From the NCBI RefSeq assembly GCF_004010195.1, contig NC_057728.1:52831996-52851995 (forward strand): 20,000 nucleotides of DNA, given 5' to 3'. Shown in pieces: positions 1 through 10,303 of the stretch. The DNA comes from Chiloscyllium plagiosum (Eukaryota). The stretch's first letter is position 1. Every line of letters starts with the position of its first letter. The notes under the pieces are model-generated. The model worked only from the letters and a program-made list of their open reading frames with translations, did no database searches and was not told the origin of the DNA. Made by a program: the position numbers and the translations under genes.

Positions 1-570
1 GCAATTGTATGGTTGATGGGGCTGCACTTGGAGTATTGTATTCAGTTTTGGTCACCTTGCTATAGGAAGGATCTTACTAAACTGGAAAGAGTGTAGAAGA
101 AATTTATAAGAATGTTGCCAGGACTCAAGGGACTGAGCTATGGGGAGGGGTTGGACAAGCTAGGACCTTTTTCTTTATAGCATAGGAGACTGAAGGGGGG
201 ACCTTATAGTAGTGTATGAAATCATGACAGGCATTGATAGGAAGAAAGCACAGTCTTTTTCCCAGGATTGGGGAATTGAGGACAAGAGAACATCAGTTTA
301 AGGTAAGAGGGGAAAGAATAAATGGGAACCTGAGAGGCCACTTTTTTACACAGAGAGTGGAATGCATATGGAATGAGCTGCCAGTGGAAGTGTTTGAGGT
401 GGATACATTAACAACATTTAAAAGGCATTTGGACAAATAGATGGATAGGAGATGTTTAGAAGAATATGGGCCAAGTGCAGGGAAATGGGGTTAGTATGGA
501 TAGACATTTTGATCAGCATGGATCTGTTTGGGCCGAAGGGTCTGTCTTTGTGCTGTAGGATTCTATGACC
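1..570 (+). mobile_element. CR1-type LINE, 3' fragment (ORF2 C-terminus plus 3' UTR), degenerate; runs off the window start
   Basis: Degenerate LEYCIQFWSPCYRKD and TREHQFKVRGERINGNLRGHFFTQRVECIWNELP motifs. Ends in the CR1 3' terminus GGCCGAAGGGTCTGT..TGCTGTAGGATTCTATGA. Confidence 0.92.
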
Positions 571-573
571 CGA

Positions 574-1165
574 TTGTATTCAGCGAGTTCTATAGCCGGT
601 GAAGCAATAAATCACCAAAATATCAAAGACAATACAGAGAGATTTGATAAAGTTTTAAAAACCTTTGAAAATTTAATCTGACAGCAAATAAAACTCTTGA
701 TTGAACAAGATTTAAGAGAAGAGTTCAGTTTCCAGGGGAATTTAATTTAATTGATAAGCTTTACACATTAGCTCAAAATGGACCATGGAAGTATGAAATC
801 AGATATTACAAGAGACAGAATTTTTGTTGGAATTATTAATGAATATTTGTCAGATTTATTATAGCCCAAGAAAGATTTAACTTTAGAGAAAACTATTAAA
901 ATTATTCTGGAAGCAGAAACCAGGAAGACTCTCAGATCCTGAGAGGAGAAAAACAATCCTACCTCAGGATAGCAACAGGGCCTATTCACTTTATATGATA
1001 TGGACCGTCTAAAGGGATATGTGACAAGCCAACATATCATCTAAGATTCAGTATCAGCGCAGTAGAATAGTAAAGCTACACAGATACAGGCAATGGTTGG
1101 CTATAACACAAGAATGCCATGACCCGTAAGACTATACGTCACTTCAAAATGATAGGTGGAAGGAA
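574..1165 (+). pseudogene. Decayed Ty3/Gypsy (Mag-like) gag with degenerate double zinc knuckle
   Basis: Manual translation across frameshifts: LYSASSIAGEAINHQNIKDNTERFDKVLKTFEN / RFKRRVQFPGEFNLIDKLYTLAQN / DHGSMKSDITRDRIFVGIINEYLSDLL*PKKDLTLEKTIKIILEAETR. This matches the Mag-clade gag pattern ERARFNRRxQ..RDRIVVGI..LTLEKA. At 1052-1160, YQRSRIVKLHRYRQWLAITQECHD/RKTIRHFKMIG looks like eroded CCHC knuckles. Confidence 0.85.
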
Positions 1166-1355
1166 GACACAGTTTCAGAAAAGCCAAATGCTTACTTCTT
1201 CAAAGAAATTTTTATGGTTTGAACCCCTTCTTTCAAAATGATACCTGCAGAAGACAATATGCCTCCACAAGAAAACGTGACAAAGATTTTCTTAGGATAA
1301 GTTATGGTTTTAAATGAAAGGAGTTATATAACCAACTTGACTCTCAAATAACCTA

Positions 1356-1590
1356 TTTAATGCACATCTTGTGAAGTTTAAGCCTGATGCAGGAGTAAGT
1401 GTTACTATTCTATCAGATCAAATACCTTGGCTGAAGAAACAGAGGTTACAGCCTACGAAGATGAGACTACATAATCCAGGTGGAACTGCTCCTAAGATTA
1501 AAGGTATGCTGTAAATAACTCTGCAACCGCAGACAGCACTCGAGAGTTGAAAATGTACGAGCAGTTCGCAATTAACACATTTCACTTTTA
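1356..1590 (+). pseudogene. Decayed retrotransposon aspartic protease
   Basis: FNAHLVKFKPDAGVSVTILSDQIPWLKKQRLQPTKMRLHNPGGTAPKIKGML*. FKPDAG at 1377-1394 corresponds to the FKLDTG active-site motif. Confidence 0.8.
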
Positions 1591-1728
1591 ACAAAAAAAA
1601 CCCAAAAGAACTGCAAGTGCTGGAAATCAGAAACAAAAGCAAAAACAGAAATTACTGGAAAACCTCAGCTAGTTTGGCAGCATCTGTGGAGATAAATCAT
1701 TTTGAATCCAGTGACCCTTCTTCAGAAC
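1591..1728 (-). mobile_element. Short Penelope-related element with a degenerate hammerhead-like 5' end
   Basis: Minus strand begins GTT-CTGAAGA-A-GGGTC-ACTG-GATTC-AAAA. Body shares the GCTGCC..CTGCTGAG..TTCCAGCA block with the element at 19623-20000. Flanked by ACACATTTCA(C)TTTT at 1575-1589 and 1729-1742. Confidence 0.75.
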
Positions 1729-2142
1729 ACACATTTCATTTTGAGCCTACACTCATACATTGGCCTCAACATCCTTGTGGTAGGAGAAGGAATATAACAT
1801 GTTTCAAGAGAACAACTAGATCAGAAACACACTATTGTCAACCAACTGGTGAAGGATCAACTGGTGTAAGAGTTCACTGGTTTGCCTAGACTCATGGTGG
1901 AACACAAACCAAGAGAATGAAATTATGGAGCTTAAAAGAACCGTCCCTTACTGTCAACAGAAACAAAGCTACAAGCCTTACAGGCATAGTCAAAGTGTTT
2001 TCCATTCCTATCTTCAATGAAGAACATATCTCAAAGCAGAATCAACAATGCCAGTGATACAGATGGTAATGAGTGAACAGCAATCCTTCGGTAACTCAAC
2101 TAAGGTTGTGGAAAATGGGTAAGTTCATAAGGAAGACTACCT

Positions 2143-2838
2143 CTTGGAGTGCAGGTTCATAGCTCCTTCAAAGTAGAGTCGCAGGTAGATAGGATAGTAA
2201 AGAAGGGGTTTGGTATGCTTTCCTTTATTGGTCAGAGTATTGAGTACAGGAGTTGGGAGGTCATGTTGCGGCTGTACAAGACATTGGTTAGGCCATTTTT
2301 GGGATATTGCGTGTAAATCTGGTCTCCTTCCTATCGGAAGGATATTATGAAACTTGAAAGGGTTCAGAAAAGATTTACATGAATGTTGCCAGGGTTAAGG
2401 GGGATTTGAGCTATAGGGTGAGGTTGAATAGGCTGGGGCTGTTTACCCTGGAGCATCGGAGGCTGAGGGGTGACCTTATAGAGGTTTTTGAAAATCATGA
2501 GGGCATGGATAGGATAAATAGATAAAGTTTCTTCCCTGGGATGAGGGAGTCCAGAACTAGACGGTATAGGTTTAGGGTGAGAGGGGAAAGATATAAAAGA
2601 GACCTGAGGGGCAATTTTTTCATACGGAGGGTGGTATGTGTAGGGAATGAGCTGCCAGAGGAAGTGGTGGAGGCTGGTACAATTGCAACATTTGGATGTG
2701 TATATGAATAGGAAGGGTTTGGAGGGATATGGGCCGGGTGCTGGCAAGAGGGACTGGATTGGTTTGGGATATCTGGTCGGCATGGATGGGTTGGACTGAA
2801 GGGTCTGTTTATGTGCTGTTCATCTCTGTGACTCTATG
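2143..2838 (+). mobile_element. CR1-type LINE 3' fragment (relatively young subfamily)
   Basis: QVDRIVKKGFGMLSFIGQSIEYRSWEVMLRLYKTLVRPFLGYCV..KLERVQKRFT. 3' end GAAGGGTCTGTT..GCTGTTCATCTCTGTGACTCTATG. Confidence 0.95.
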
Positions 2839-3441
2839 TCCAATTTATTCAAAATGTTATAGTGCTTCAACCATGACATATCTGCAAATTGCGAAAAAGA
2901 TTTGCTTGGACAAAGTAGAGCTACTTTTACGTCATGGAAACCAGACCACAATCCAGCAAGTTTCACAGGCAGAAAAATATGAAATTGCTTGGTTTCAACA
3001 TAGACTGAAAGAAAAGAAATTACTTGTTCAAATCATAAGGCATTTGTCTAGTTCAGAAGTCCAGGAGACCACAAGGAAGAAAGTGCTTGCTTATTCAGAG
3101 CAAACATCTTCCATGATGGAAATTCATGAGATTAAGAAGTCCCCCACATGATGGTCTGGAGCAAATACTGAGTTAGCAGGGAAGAGTTCACTGTGAAAGA
3201 AATTCAGGAGATTAAGTTCGTCCAGATAAGATAGTGGACCAACTACCAGGTACATTTTCGTGAAGGTCAAACAAGTGATAAAAGGTCCTCCCACAGAGAA
3301 ATTATTCACAGAGAATCAGAATGAAGGTCAACAGTCCTCAAACCAAAGGCTCACTAAGTTTCCAAGCCTGAAAACAACACATTCTGGAAGAAATTTTTAA
3401 AAACCTTCAAAATCATCTGTATTTGTAAAGTCAGAGACTTT

Positions 3442-3449
3442 GGGGGAGA
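3442..3449 (+). other. Polypurine tract (GGGGGAGA) immediately before TGT
   Basis: Lies directly downstream of the integrase-tail motif and is followed by TG at 3450, the canonical PPT/3' LTR junction. Confidence 0.65.
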
Positions 3450-3830
3450 TGTGTATTGGTAAATGTAACAGTTTCTGTTCTGTGAGATTCTGTTAACTGT
3501 TTATTGTTTCTGTTGCCATGCCTCACTGGAGACTGTTTAACCCATTAACTTTTGTTGTTTTGAAAGCAGAAAGGCAATTGGTGGCAGCAAACCATCCAAA
3601 CTGTCAGCCATCATTATTGATAATCGGGAAATATGACATACACTGCCTGCCGGCTATTGTCAAAAGGATACAGGCAAAAGGATTTTAAGTGAACTGCAAA
3701 GAACAGAATTACAAATCAACTGTTCAACTAATATCTGCTTCTCATGAACCACTCAAAAAAAAATCCATATTCCTTTCGACTTTTGTCTTCTTTTGGACTC
3801 ACTCTCATTTCCAATCTGTGTGCATGTGTG

Positions 3831-3971
3831 CTCCAAAGATGAATCATACTGGATTCAAAATGTTAACTCGGTTCCTCTCTCCACAGATACTGTCCAGACC
3901 AGCTGAATTTCTCCAGCAATTTTGCTTTTATTTTTAAAGACTTCCAGCATGTCCAGTACTTTGCTTTTATT
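3831..3971 (+). mobile_element. Short Penelope-related element with a degenerate hammerhead-like 5' end
   Basis: CTCCAAAGA-T-GAATC-ATACTG-GATTC-AAAA-TGTTAAC, with a perfect 5 bp stem II. Body homologous to 1591-1728. Flanks TGTGCATGTGTG (3819-3830) and TGTGCACGTGTG (3972-3983). Confidence 0.75.
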
Positions 3972-4166
3972 TGTGCACGTGTGTTGACATTATTTCTTCA
4001 CACATCCGGTAACTAATAAACTCACTCTGTTACCTGGTGAAATTAGATTCATTTAAAAAATGAACTATTTTGATCCGGGAGAAAGCTATTCACAAGGGAA
4101 GAGATCCTTTGTAAAATAATCCTGATTCGCAACCGATTGAGAAGGTGGGTGAAGAAAGAAGGAGAG

Positions 4167-4217
4167 CTGGTTAACATTACTCACTGGTTAACACTACTCA
4201 CTGGTTAACACTACTCA
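4167..4217. repeat. Tandem repeat, 3 x 17 bp (CTGGTTAACACTACTCA)
   Basis: Units at 4167, 4184 and 4201, with one mismatch in unit 1. Confidence 0.95.
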
Positions 4218-5104
4218 CCTAGGAGCTTGACAATCTTATGTGGAATTGAATACCTGAGGGAACCTCACCTGGAGTCTGGTCGTAACACCACACTCAGCAC
4301 AACCTGTGAGTAGAGACACCTGCCACCTTCATTGTGTCAGTGATCTGTGGACATCAACAGAACTATCAGTATTGCCATAAAGATACCTTCAATGGGAGCA
4401 AAGTCACTGTCATTACTGCAGACTAAGAAAGAACTAGCAGTCGTCAATCTCCATAAAGCGTCTGCATGGCTTGAGGAGAGATCGCCTTTGTGAATTTCTA
4501 GCAGAAAATTTATTTAAACCTTCAATTGACCCTTGGATATTTAGCTATCACTATTCTACGTTCAGTCTCCTGATTGAACAGGAGTCCTGTGCGGCAGCAG
4601 GAAAATCTCTTGCAGAGTGGAAAATTGAGGATAAGTGGCTCATTATCAAAATTAATTTGATTCCTGCCATTGCATCAGGGATCACAGCCAAATCTGTGTC
4701 TGTATCTCTAGGAAAAAGCCTCAGATGCAATAACAAGTCAGGCAGCTGTTCCACCTTACGAAATGTTATCATGATCCTCCTCTCCAAAGCCATCTTAGGG
4801 GTTCTGGGAATAATCAACTTTTTCTCCTGCTATTGTTTTTTCTTTGTTTCTCTTTCTCATGGAAAGTTGCAAACTTTCATAGACCCAAAACACCACTATC
4901 CACTAATCTGTCTTTCCACACAAAGCATCACTGTCCCCTAAGTGTTAAAAAGGCAGGGGGAGGGATTTATTTACTTTTCCTGCTCTTTTGAGTTGCTTGT
5001 AGTGTCCTGGAGATTAATTTTCAATTCTTGGAGACTCCAGTACAATCCTGCAGGTTATACTTAGTGTTTCCTATCATATTCGCAGATACCAGGAAGAGGG
5101 TAGT

Positions 5105-6008
5105 TATAGAGTTATAGAGTCAGAGAGATGTACAGCACAGAAACAGACCCTTCGGTCCTACTTGTCCATGCCGACCAGATATCCCAACTCAATCTAGTCC
5201 CACCTGCCAGCACCCGGCCCATATCCCTCCAAACCCTTCACATTCAAACACCCATCCAGATGCCTTTTAAATGTTGCAATTGTACCAGCCTCCACCACTT
5301 CCTCTGGCAGCTCATTCCACAGACACACCACCCTCTGCATGAAAAAGGTTGTCCCTTTGGTCCCTTTTATATCTTTCCCCTCTCACTCTAAACCTATGCC
5401 CTCTAATTCTGGACTCGCCAGCCCCAGGGAAAGGACTTTGTCTATTTACCCTATCCATGCCCCTCATAATTTTATAAATCTCTATACGGACACCCCTCAA
5501 CCTTCGACGGAGGGAAATCAGCCCCAGCCTATTCAACCTCTCCTTATAGCTCAATTCCTCCAATCCTGGCAACGTCCTTATAAATCTTTTCTGAACCCTT
5601 TCAAGTTTCACAACATCCTTCCAATATGAAGATCAGAATTGCACGCAGTATTCCAAAAGTAGCCTAATTGCTGTCCTGTCCAGCCACAACATGACCTCCC
5701 AATTCCTGTACTCAATACTCTGACCAATAAAGGAAAGCATACCAAAAGCCTTCTTCACTATCCTATCTACCTGCGACTCCACTTTCAAGGAGCTATGAAC
5801 CTACAATCCAAGGTCTCTTTGTTCAGCAACACTCCCTAGGACCTTACCATTAAGTGTATAAGTCTTGCTAAGATTTGCTTTCCCAAAATGCAGCACCTCG
5901 CATTTATCTGAATGAAACTCCATCTGCCACTCCTCAGCCCATTGGCCTAATCTGAGGTAACTTTCTTCGCTGTCCACTACACCTCCAATTTTGGTATCAT
6001 CTGCAAAT
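5105..6008 (-). mobile_element. CR1-type LINE 3' fragment from the RT FADD motif to the tail
   Basis: Minus strand FADDTKIGGVVDSEESYLRL (FADD at 6007-5996) and KLERVQKRFIRTLPGLEELSYKERLNRLGL. (CTCTATAA)-type tail at ~5105-5125. Same subfamily as 2143-2838. Confidence 0.95.
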
Positions 6009-7044
6009 TCTCTTGTCCTGCTTTATTGTGACCAGCTTGCTGGCTTCTAGCTCTCAGAACAAGAGAGAGGTATCTTATCTTTAATGCAGGGATGTCTAAT
6101 GGATGGTTCTTCAAATTTGACCTTCACAACACACTCACACCCATATATGAACTCAGCTCATTGGCACATCCTCTTCCAAGAGCACATGCGGACCAGAGTT
6201 GATTTGGTTTTAACCTGTTCTTGTGTAATCTTGAAAGCAAAAAAACAGAAAACATAGTATCTCACTGCTGCCTTTTCAGCCAACATTTTGAGACAACCCC
6301 AAGGAGATTACAATTCATTTTATATTAAATTTCCACACTTTCAAAGCCATTCCTTTGAAACTTCCTTTAAAACTCGTCAAATGGACATGCTTGGGACTCT
6401 CTCTCTCTGGACAGTCACCTGATTTACATCTGCAGTATTTTCTTGGCTGTAGCAGTCCCCTTTTAAAAATCACATGTTGTAATTGAGGTTTGATATGTGC
6501 ATAGGTGATCTGGAGTTATACTCCGTGATCACAATGTAACAAAAATGCAGTGACCGATCATTTCTCCTTTGACTGGGTCTAAGGGCTTAATTGGTCTATA
6601 GTGGCAGAGGAACATCTGGTATTGAGTCTTAATGAGAAAGAGGCACTTGTCTGAACAAGGTGTAGTTCATTGTATGATAGCAACTAAGTAAATGTTGTAT
6701 TCATTTGTTGAACCTTGCTATTAATGCTGAGGTAGATATAGGTCTAGTCTCCATGAGAATCTAAGATATTTTGTCTTATCCCTGCTCAAACCAGCATGAC
6801 ATCATCAGATTGTGTGGATTGTAATGCAAGTCTTCAGATTTAACCCATTCAGAATCATTCACTTATACAACATTGGAGCTTGACTCTCAGACTTGGCTAC
6901 AGTTCCTAATCAGACAGGGGGCTGCTGAAGGCAGCTTATTAATTAATCATCTTAAGGAAAACAGTTTCTGACTTGGAATTCATCCCATTGGTGGCATTGC
7001 CACCAATAAAGAGCAAATGACAGAAATGGAAAAGGAATTAATTT

Positions 7045-7145
7045 TTTTTGATTTAGATGTAGATTTTTACTGTCATGTGTACTCACGTACAGAAGTACCA
7101 CAATAAAGTGAAAAGTGTACAATGTCATCACACATGGCGCCATCA
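7045..7145 (-). mobile_element. Short non-LTR 3' end (Rex1/Babar-like tail), related to 15329-15440
   Basis: TTTTACTGTCATGTGTACT..AGTGAAAAG resembles TTTTATTGTCACATGTATT..CAGTGAAAAG at 15348-15400. Family assignment is from memory. Confidence 0.45.
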
Positions 7146-7169
7146 CCCCCTCCCTATCTCTCTCACCCA

Positions 7170-8310
7170 CTCAATGTCATCGTTAATAGTGGACTTTAAA
7201 ACCTTGCCAACAACTGAGCTCAGGCTAACTGGCCTATAATTTTCTGAGTTCTACCTCACTCCTTTTTAAATCGTGATGTTATGTTAGCCATTTTCCAAAC
7301 CCCTTCCCTGACTCCAGACACTCCTGAAAGGTCACCAGCAGCATCTCTATCATCCCCTCAGCTATCTCCTTCAGAACTCTGAGATGTAGTCCATCTAATC
7401 CAGTTTATTTATCCACTTTCAGACATTACAGTTGCTCCAGCACTTTCTCCTCAGTGATGGCCAATACAGTCACCTCTGTCCCCCGACTCTCTTGAAGTTC
7501 TGGTATCCTGCTGATGCCTTTCATTGGGAAAACTGATGCAAAGTATATATTTCGTTCCTCTGCTGTTTCCTTGATTCTCATTATTACTTCTCCAGCCTCA
7601 TTATTCCAGTGGTTTGAGGTCTAATCTTGCTTCTCTCTTACCCTTTAAAAAAGGTCCAAAAACATTTTGCAACCTTTTATATTACTAGCTGGCTTACTGT
7701 CATATTTCATCTTCTCCAGCTTATTGCACTTTTAGTCATCTGCTGGTTTTTAGTTATCTGCTGGCTTCCCACTAATCTTCACCGTATTGTATACCTTTTC
7801 TTTTACTTTTATGCTGTCCTTGTTTTCCCTTGTTAGCCACGGTTGCCTCAACCTCCCCTTAGTATGCTTCTTCTTCTTTGTGATGAATTTCTGTTGTGCT
7901 CCCTGAATAAGCCCCAGATACTCCCGCTATTGCAGGCTCCACTGGGTGTCATCCCTGGTAAGCTTCCCTCCTGATGAACATCTGGCTCATTACACATCAC
8001 CAAATCCAGAATTCCCTGTTGCCAGTGGGTTCTGCTAAAGCTGTTCCACAAAAAAATCTCATGACAATCCACAAATTCTTTAGCTTGAGATCCACCATGA
8101 ACCTGATTTTCCCAGTCCAACTGCTTATTGAAGTCTCCATGATTATTATGAGAGTGCCTTTCTTACATGTCTTTTCTATTTCATGATGTATTTTCTTCTC
8201 CACATCCTGACGACTATAGGAGGCTGGTAGACAACTCCCATCAGGGTCTTTTCTCCTTTGCGGTTCCTCAAAACTACCCACGCAGATTACCCACCTGCCG
8301 ACTCTATAAT
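7170..8310 (-). mobile_element. CR1-type LINE internal ORF2 fragment (APE endonuclease C-terminus, linker, start of RT), with deletions
   Basis: Minus strand GEKTLMGVVYQPP, EKKIHHEIEKTCKKGTLIIIM(G)DFN, QGILDLVMCNEPD, KKKKHTKGRLRQPWLTRE and ENYRPVSLSSVVGKVLKSTI. Confidence 0.9.
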
Positions 8311-8318
8311 CACTTCTT

Positions 8319-8550
8319 ATAGAGTCATAGAGATGTACAGCATGGAAACCGACCCTTCGGTCCAACCCGTCCATGCGACCAGATATCCCAACCCAATCTA
8401 GTCCCACCTGCCAGCACCTGGCCCATATCCCTCCAAACCCTTCCTATTCATATACCCATCCAAATGCCTTTTAAATGTTGCAATTGTACCAGCCTCCACC
8501 ACTTCCTCTGGCAGCTCATTCCATACACATACCACCCTTTGCGTGGAAAA
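8319..8550 (-). mobile_element. CR1-type LINE extreme 3' end (young, 5'-truncated)
   Basis: ATAGAGTCATAGAGATGTACAGCATGGAAACCGACCCTTCGGTCC, closely matching 5115-5345. Confidence 0.93.
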
Positions 8551-8569
8551 AAAACTACTCGATATGTAA

Positions 8570-8820
8570 TACAGAATTATAGATTACAGGCACAGAGAGG
8601 ACAGACATTCAACCCACCCATTCCATGATATTTTTCTACAAGAACCATTTAACTGAATCCACTTCCTCCACTTTCCCTGTAATTCCAAAAATGGTGCTTT
8701 TCCAATTGTCTTTTGAAAACATCCGTGAATTTGCCTCGCTGCCAGCGCACATCCTGATTCTGGTCACTCTGCATAAATGTGCTTTCCTTTTTGTGTCATC
8801 TTTGGTTCTTTTCCAAATCT
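8570..8820 (-). mobile_element. Old, diverged CR1-like 3' end
   Basis: Same layout as other minus-strand CR1 tails (..AGATTACAGGCACAGAGAGG..CATTCAACCCA..TCCAATTGTCTTTTGAAA..), but highly diverged. Confidence 0.45.
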
Positions 8821-8849
8821 CACTTTTTCAAAAAAAAATTTGCAGGTTT

Positions 8850-9060
8850 ATGATAAGTGGTGTTGAGTTAATTTCTTGAACCATTGTAGTCCATTTGCTG
8901 TAGGCAGCCCCACAATAGCATTGAGGAGGCAGCTCCAGAAGTTTGACCCAGCAACACTGAAGGAACGACAATTCCAAGTCAGGAATTTGTGTGGCTTGGA
9001 GAAGAATTTGCAGGTGAGGGTGTTCCCATGTGTAGGTCACCCTTGTCTTTCTAGATGGTT
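8850..9060 (-). mobile_element. 3' region of a second LINE family (CR1/L2 group)
   Basis: Minus strand CCTTCAGTGTTGCTGGGTCAAACTTCTGGAGCTGCCTCCTCAATGC..TGGTTCAAGAAA, corresponding to an eroded F..GSK.WNSLP..FKK ORF2 terminus. Confidence 0.7.
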
Positions 9061-9644
9061 GCTATTGATTTAATTTCATTTTTAACTAACAAGGCAACTC
9101 TTCCCCCTCTTCCCATCTGCCTGTCCTTTTGATAGAGAGAAATGGAGAGAAATTATTTTCATTTGCCTTTTCCTGACTCTGCGTTTGTCACCTGTCAAGG
9201 TGTGTGTTGGAAGATGGGTCTGCTCTGATTAGAATCAGGTGATTTTCCAAGCTGCTTAGTTCAATTACACCTCATTGAAAAGAAATCTTGCTCACTGCTT
9301 CACTGGGACGTCTGCCTTACAATATGTTGACCCAGTCTGACCTTAACTGAGGTATTATAACAAATGGACCAGGTTTTTTTCTGATTACTATCTCAGTAAG
9401 AAAATATATAGCTAATACACATTTGATGTTAATTGTGGATAACAATTCTTCTTTGTTTACGGATGGACAATCCCAGAAGAAATATCCTGCAATAAATCAT
9501 TCTTTCTACAAATCTTTAAACAGCATCTGAGGCTAGATTGCCCATGATGACTAACATGTACGTAACAGGTTATTTAGAAAGTTAATACATCCATTTTTTT
9601 GCCAGCAAACTGCTCTAATCTGATGTGACTGATGAGATAAATGC

Positions 9645-10303
9645 AGGGAGAGAAAACATCTGCATAAATATTTTTCAAGTTATAGCAAAAGAATGAGAGT
9701 TGAGATGAAGACTCTTTTTATACAAATTGAGTCATTGTGATCTGGAATTCATGGCTTTGAAAGAGTGATGGAAGTAGATTTAATAGAAACTGTCAAAAGG
9801 ATTGGGGAGAAAACAGGTGCAATAGTACAAAGGAGATCTTATGGTGCAGTGGGTAATATCCTTATTTGTGAACTGAAGCTCCAGGTTCAATGCACCCCCC
9901 CCCCCCCCCACTTCATGGCCAAGACAGATGTGCTCATTAACTTGTAAATCTCGCCAAAGTTAGCCAAGCGCACATTAAAAGGATGGGTGAGATTCCTGGT
10001 TGGCCACATGATGGAAAGCAAATAGAGCTTCTGCCATCACTAACCATGACTCTTGGCTACAACAGTAACATGGACTTCTTGGCTAGGCAGCTGATCTGGA
10101 TTAGATTGGTGTCAACTGCACAGGGTTCAGACACCAACCTGGCCGGGATTAATTCAGAACCTGCCTCCTGGCGCAATCCTGCAGTGGGTCATACCAGCAC
10201 TGGGCAGAGAACTCAAGAAGAAGTGGTACTAAAAGGAAAGCTCTTTGAAAGAGTTGGCACAGGCATGATGGGGTTCCTTATGTGCCATAAGCTTTTATAA
10301 TTC
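9645..10303 (+). mobile_element. Old CR1 3' fragment split by an insertion at ~9830-10225
   Basis: Eroded FF..RVIVIWNS..RVMEVDLIETVKR at 9700-9805. The 3' UTR-like piece GAAAGAGTTGGCACAGGCATGATGGG..TGTGCCATAAGCTTTTATAATTC resumes at 10240-10303. Confidence 0.55.
9830..10225 (+). mobile_element. Putative tRNA-headed SINE (possibly composite)
   Basis: A-box-like TGGTGCAGTGGG (9842), B-box-like GGTTCAATGC (9884), poly-C run, second GGGTTCAGAC motif near 10123, and (AAG)n-like end. Confidence 0.4.

Larger units (their letters stand above)
574..3449 (+). mobile_element. Internal region of a decayed Gypsy/Mag-like LTR retrotransposon, interrupted by later insertions at 1591-1728 and 2143-2838
   Basis: gag then protease in order. 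Weak integrase-like remnants (WW..EIMEL..PYCQQ near 1895-1960; EDYLL near 2132-2146). C-terminal TTHSGRNF*KP near 3373-3406 resembles TTRSGRxxKPP. Followed by PPT plus TGT. Confidence 0.7.
3450..4287 (+). mobile_element. Putative LTR sequence (3' LTR and/or nested solo LTR); right boundary uncertain
   Basis: Starts with TG after the PPT, has AATAAA at 4015, and ends in ..CTGGTCGTAACA (CA terminus). No second copy in the window to confirm it. Confidence 0.35.

Noticed and set aside
2364..2783. 139 aa minus ORF and similar ORFs at 5128-5391, 5339-5629 and 19390-19787
   Set aside because: These are antisense shadow frames of CR1/Penelope repeats.
2729..3151. 140 aa plus-strand ORF as a gene
   Set aside because: It starts in a CR1 3' UTR and runs into decayed Gypsy sequence, so it is a chance chimeric frame.
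4167..4217. CRISPR-like array
   Set aside because: The units are directly adjacent with no spacers, and the context is eukaryotic.
5003..5056. Possible hAT-type MITE remnant (TCCTGGAGATTAAT..GGAGACTCCAG..AATCCTG)
   Set aside because: Terminal inverted repeats and a TSD are not visible.
6010..6540. Possible reverse-oriented LTR ending in TGTAACA
   Set aside because: Only a terminal motif; no partner, PBS/PPT or TSD.
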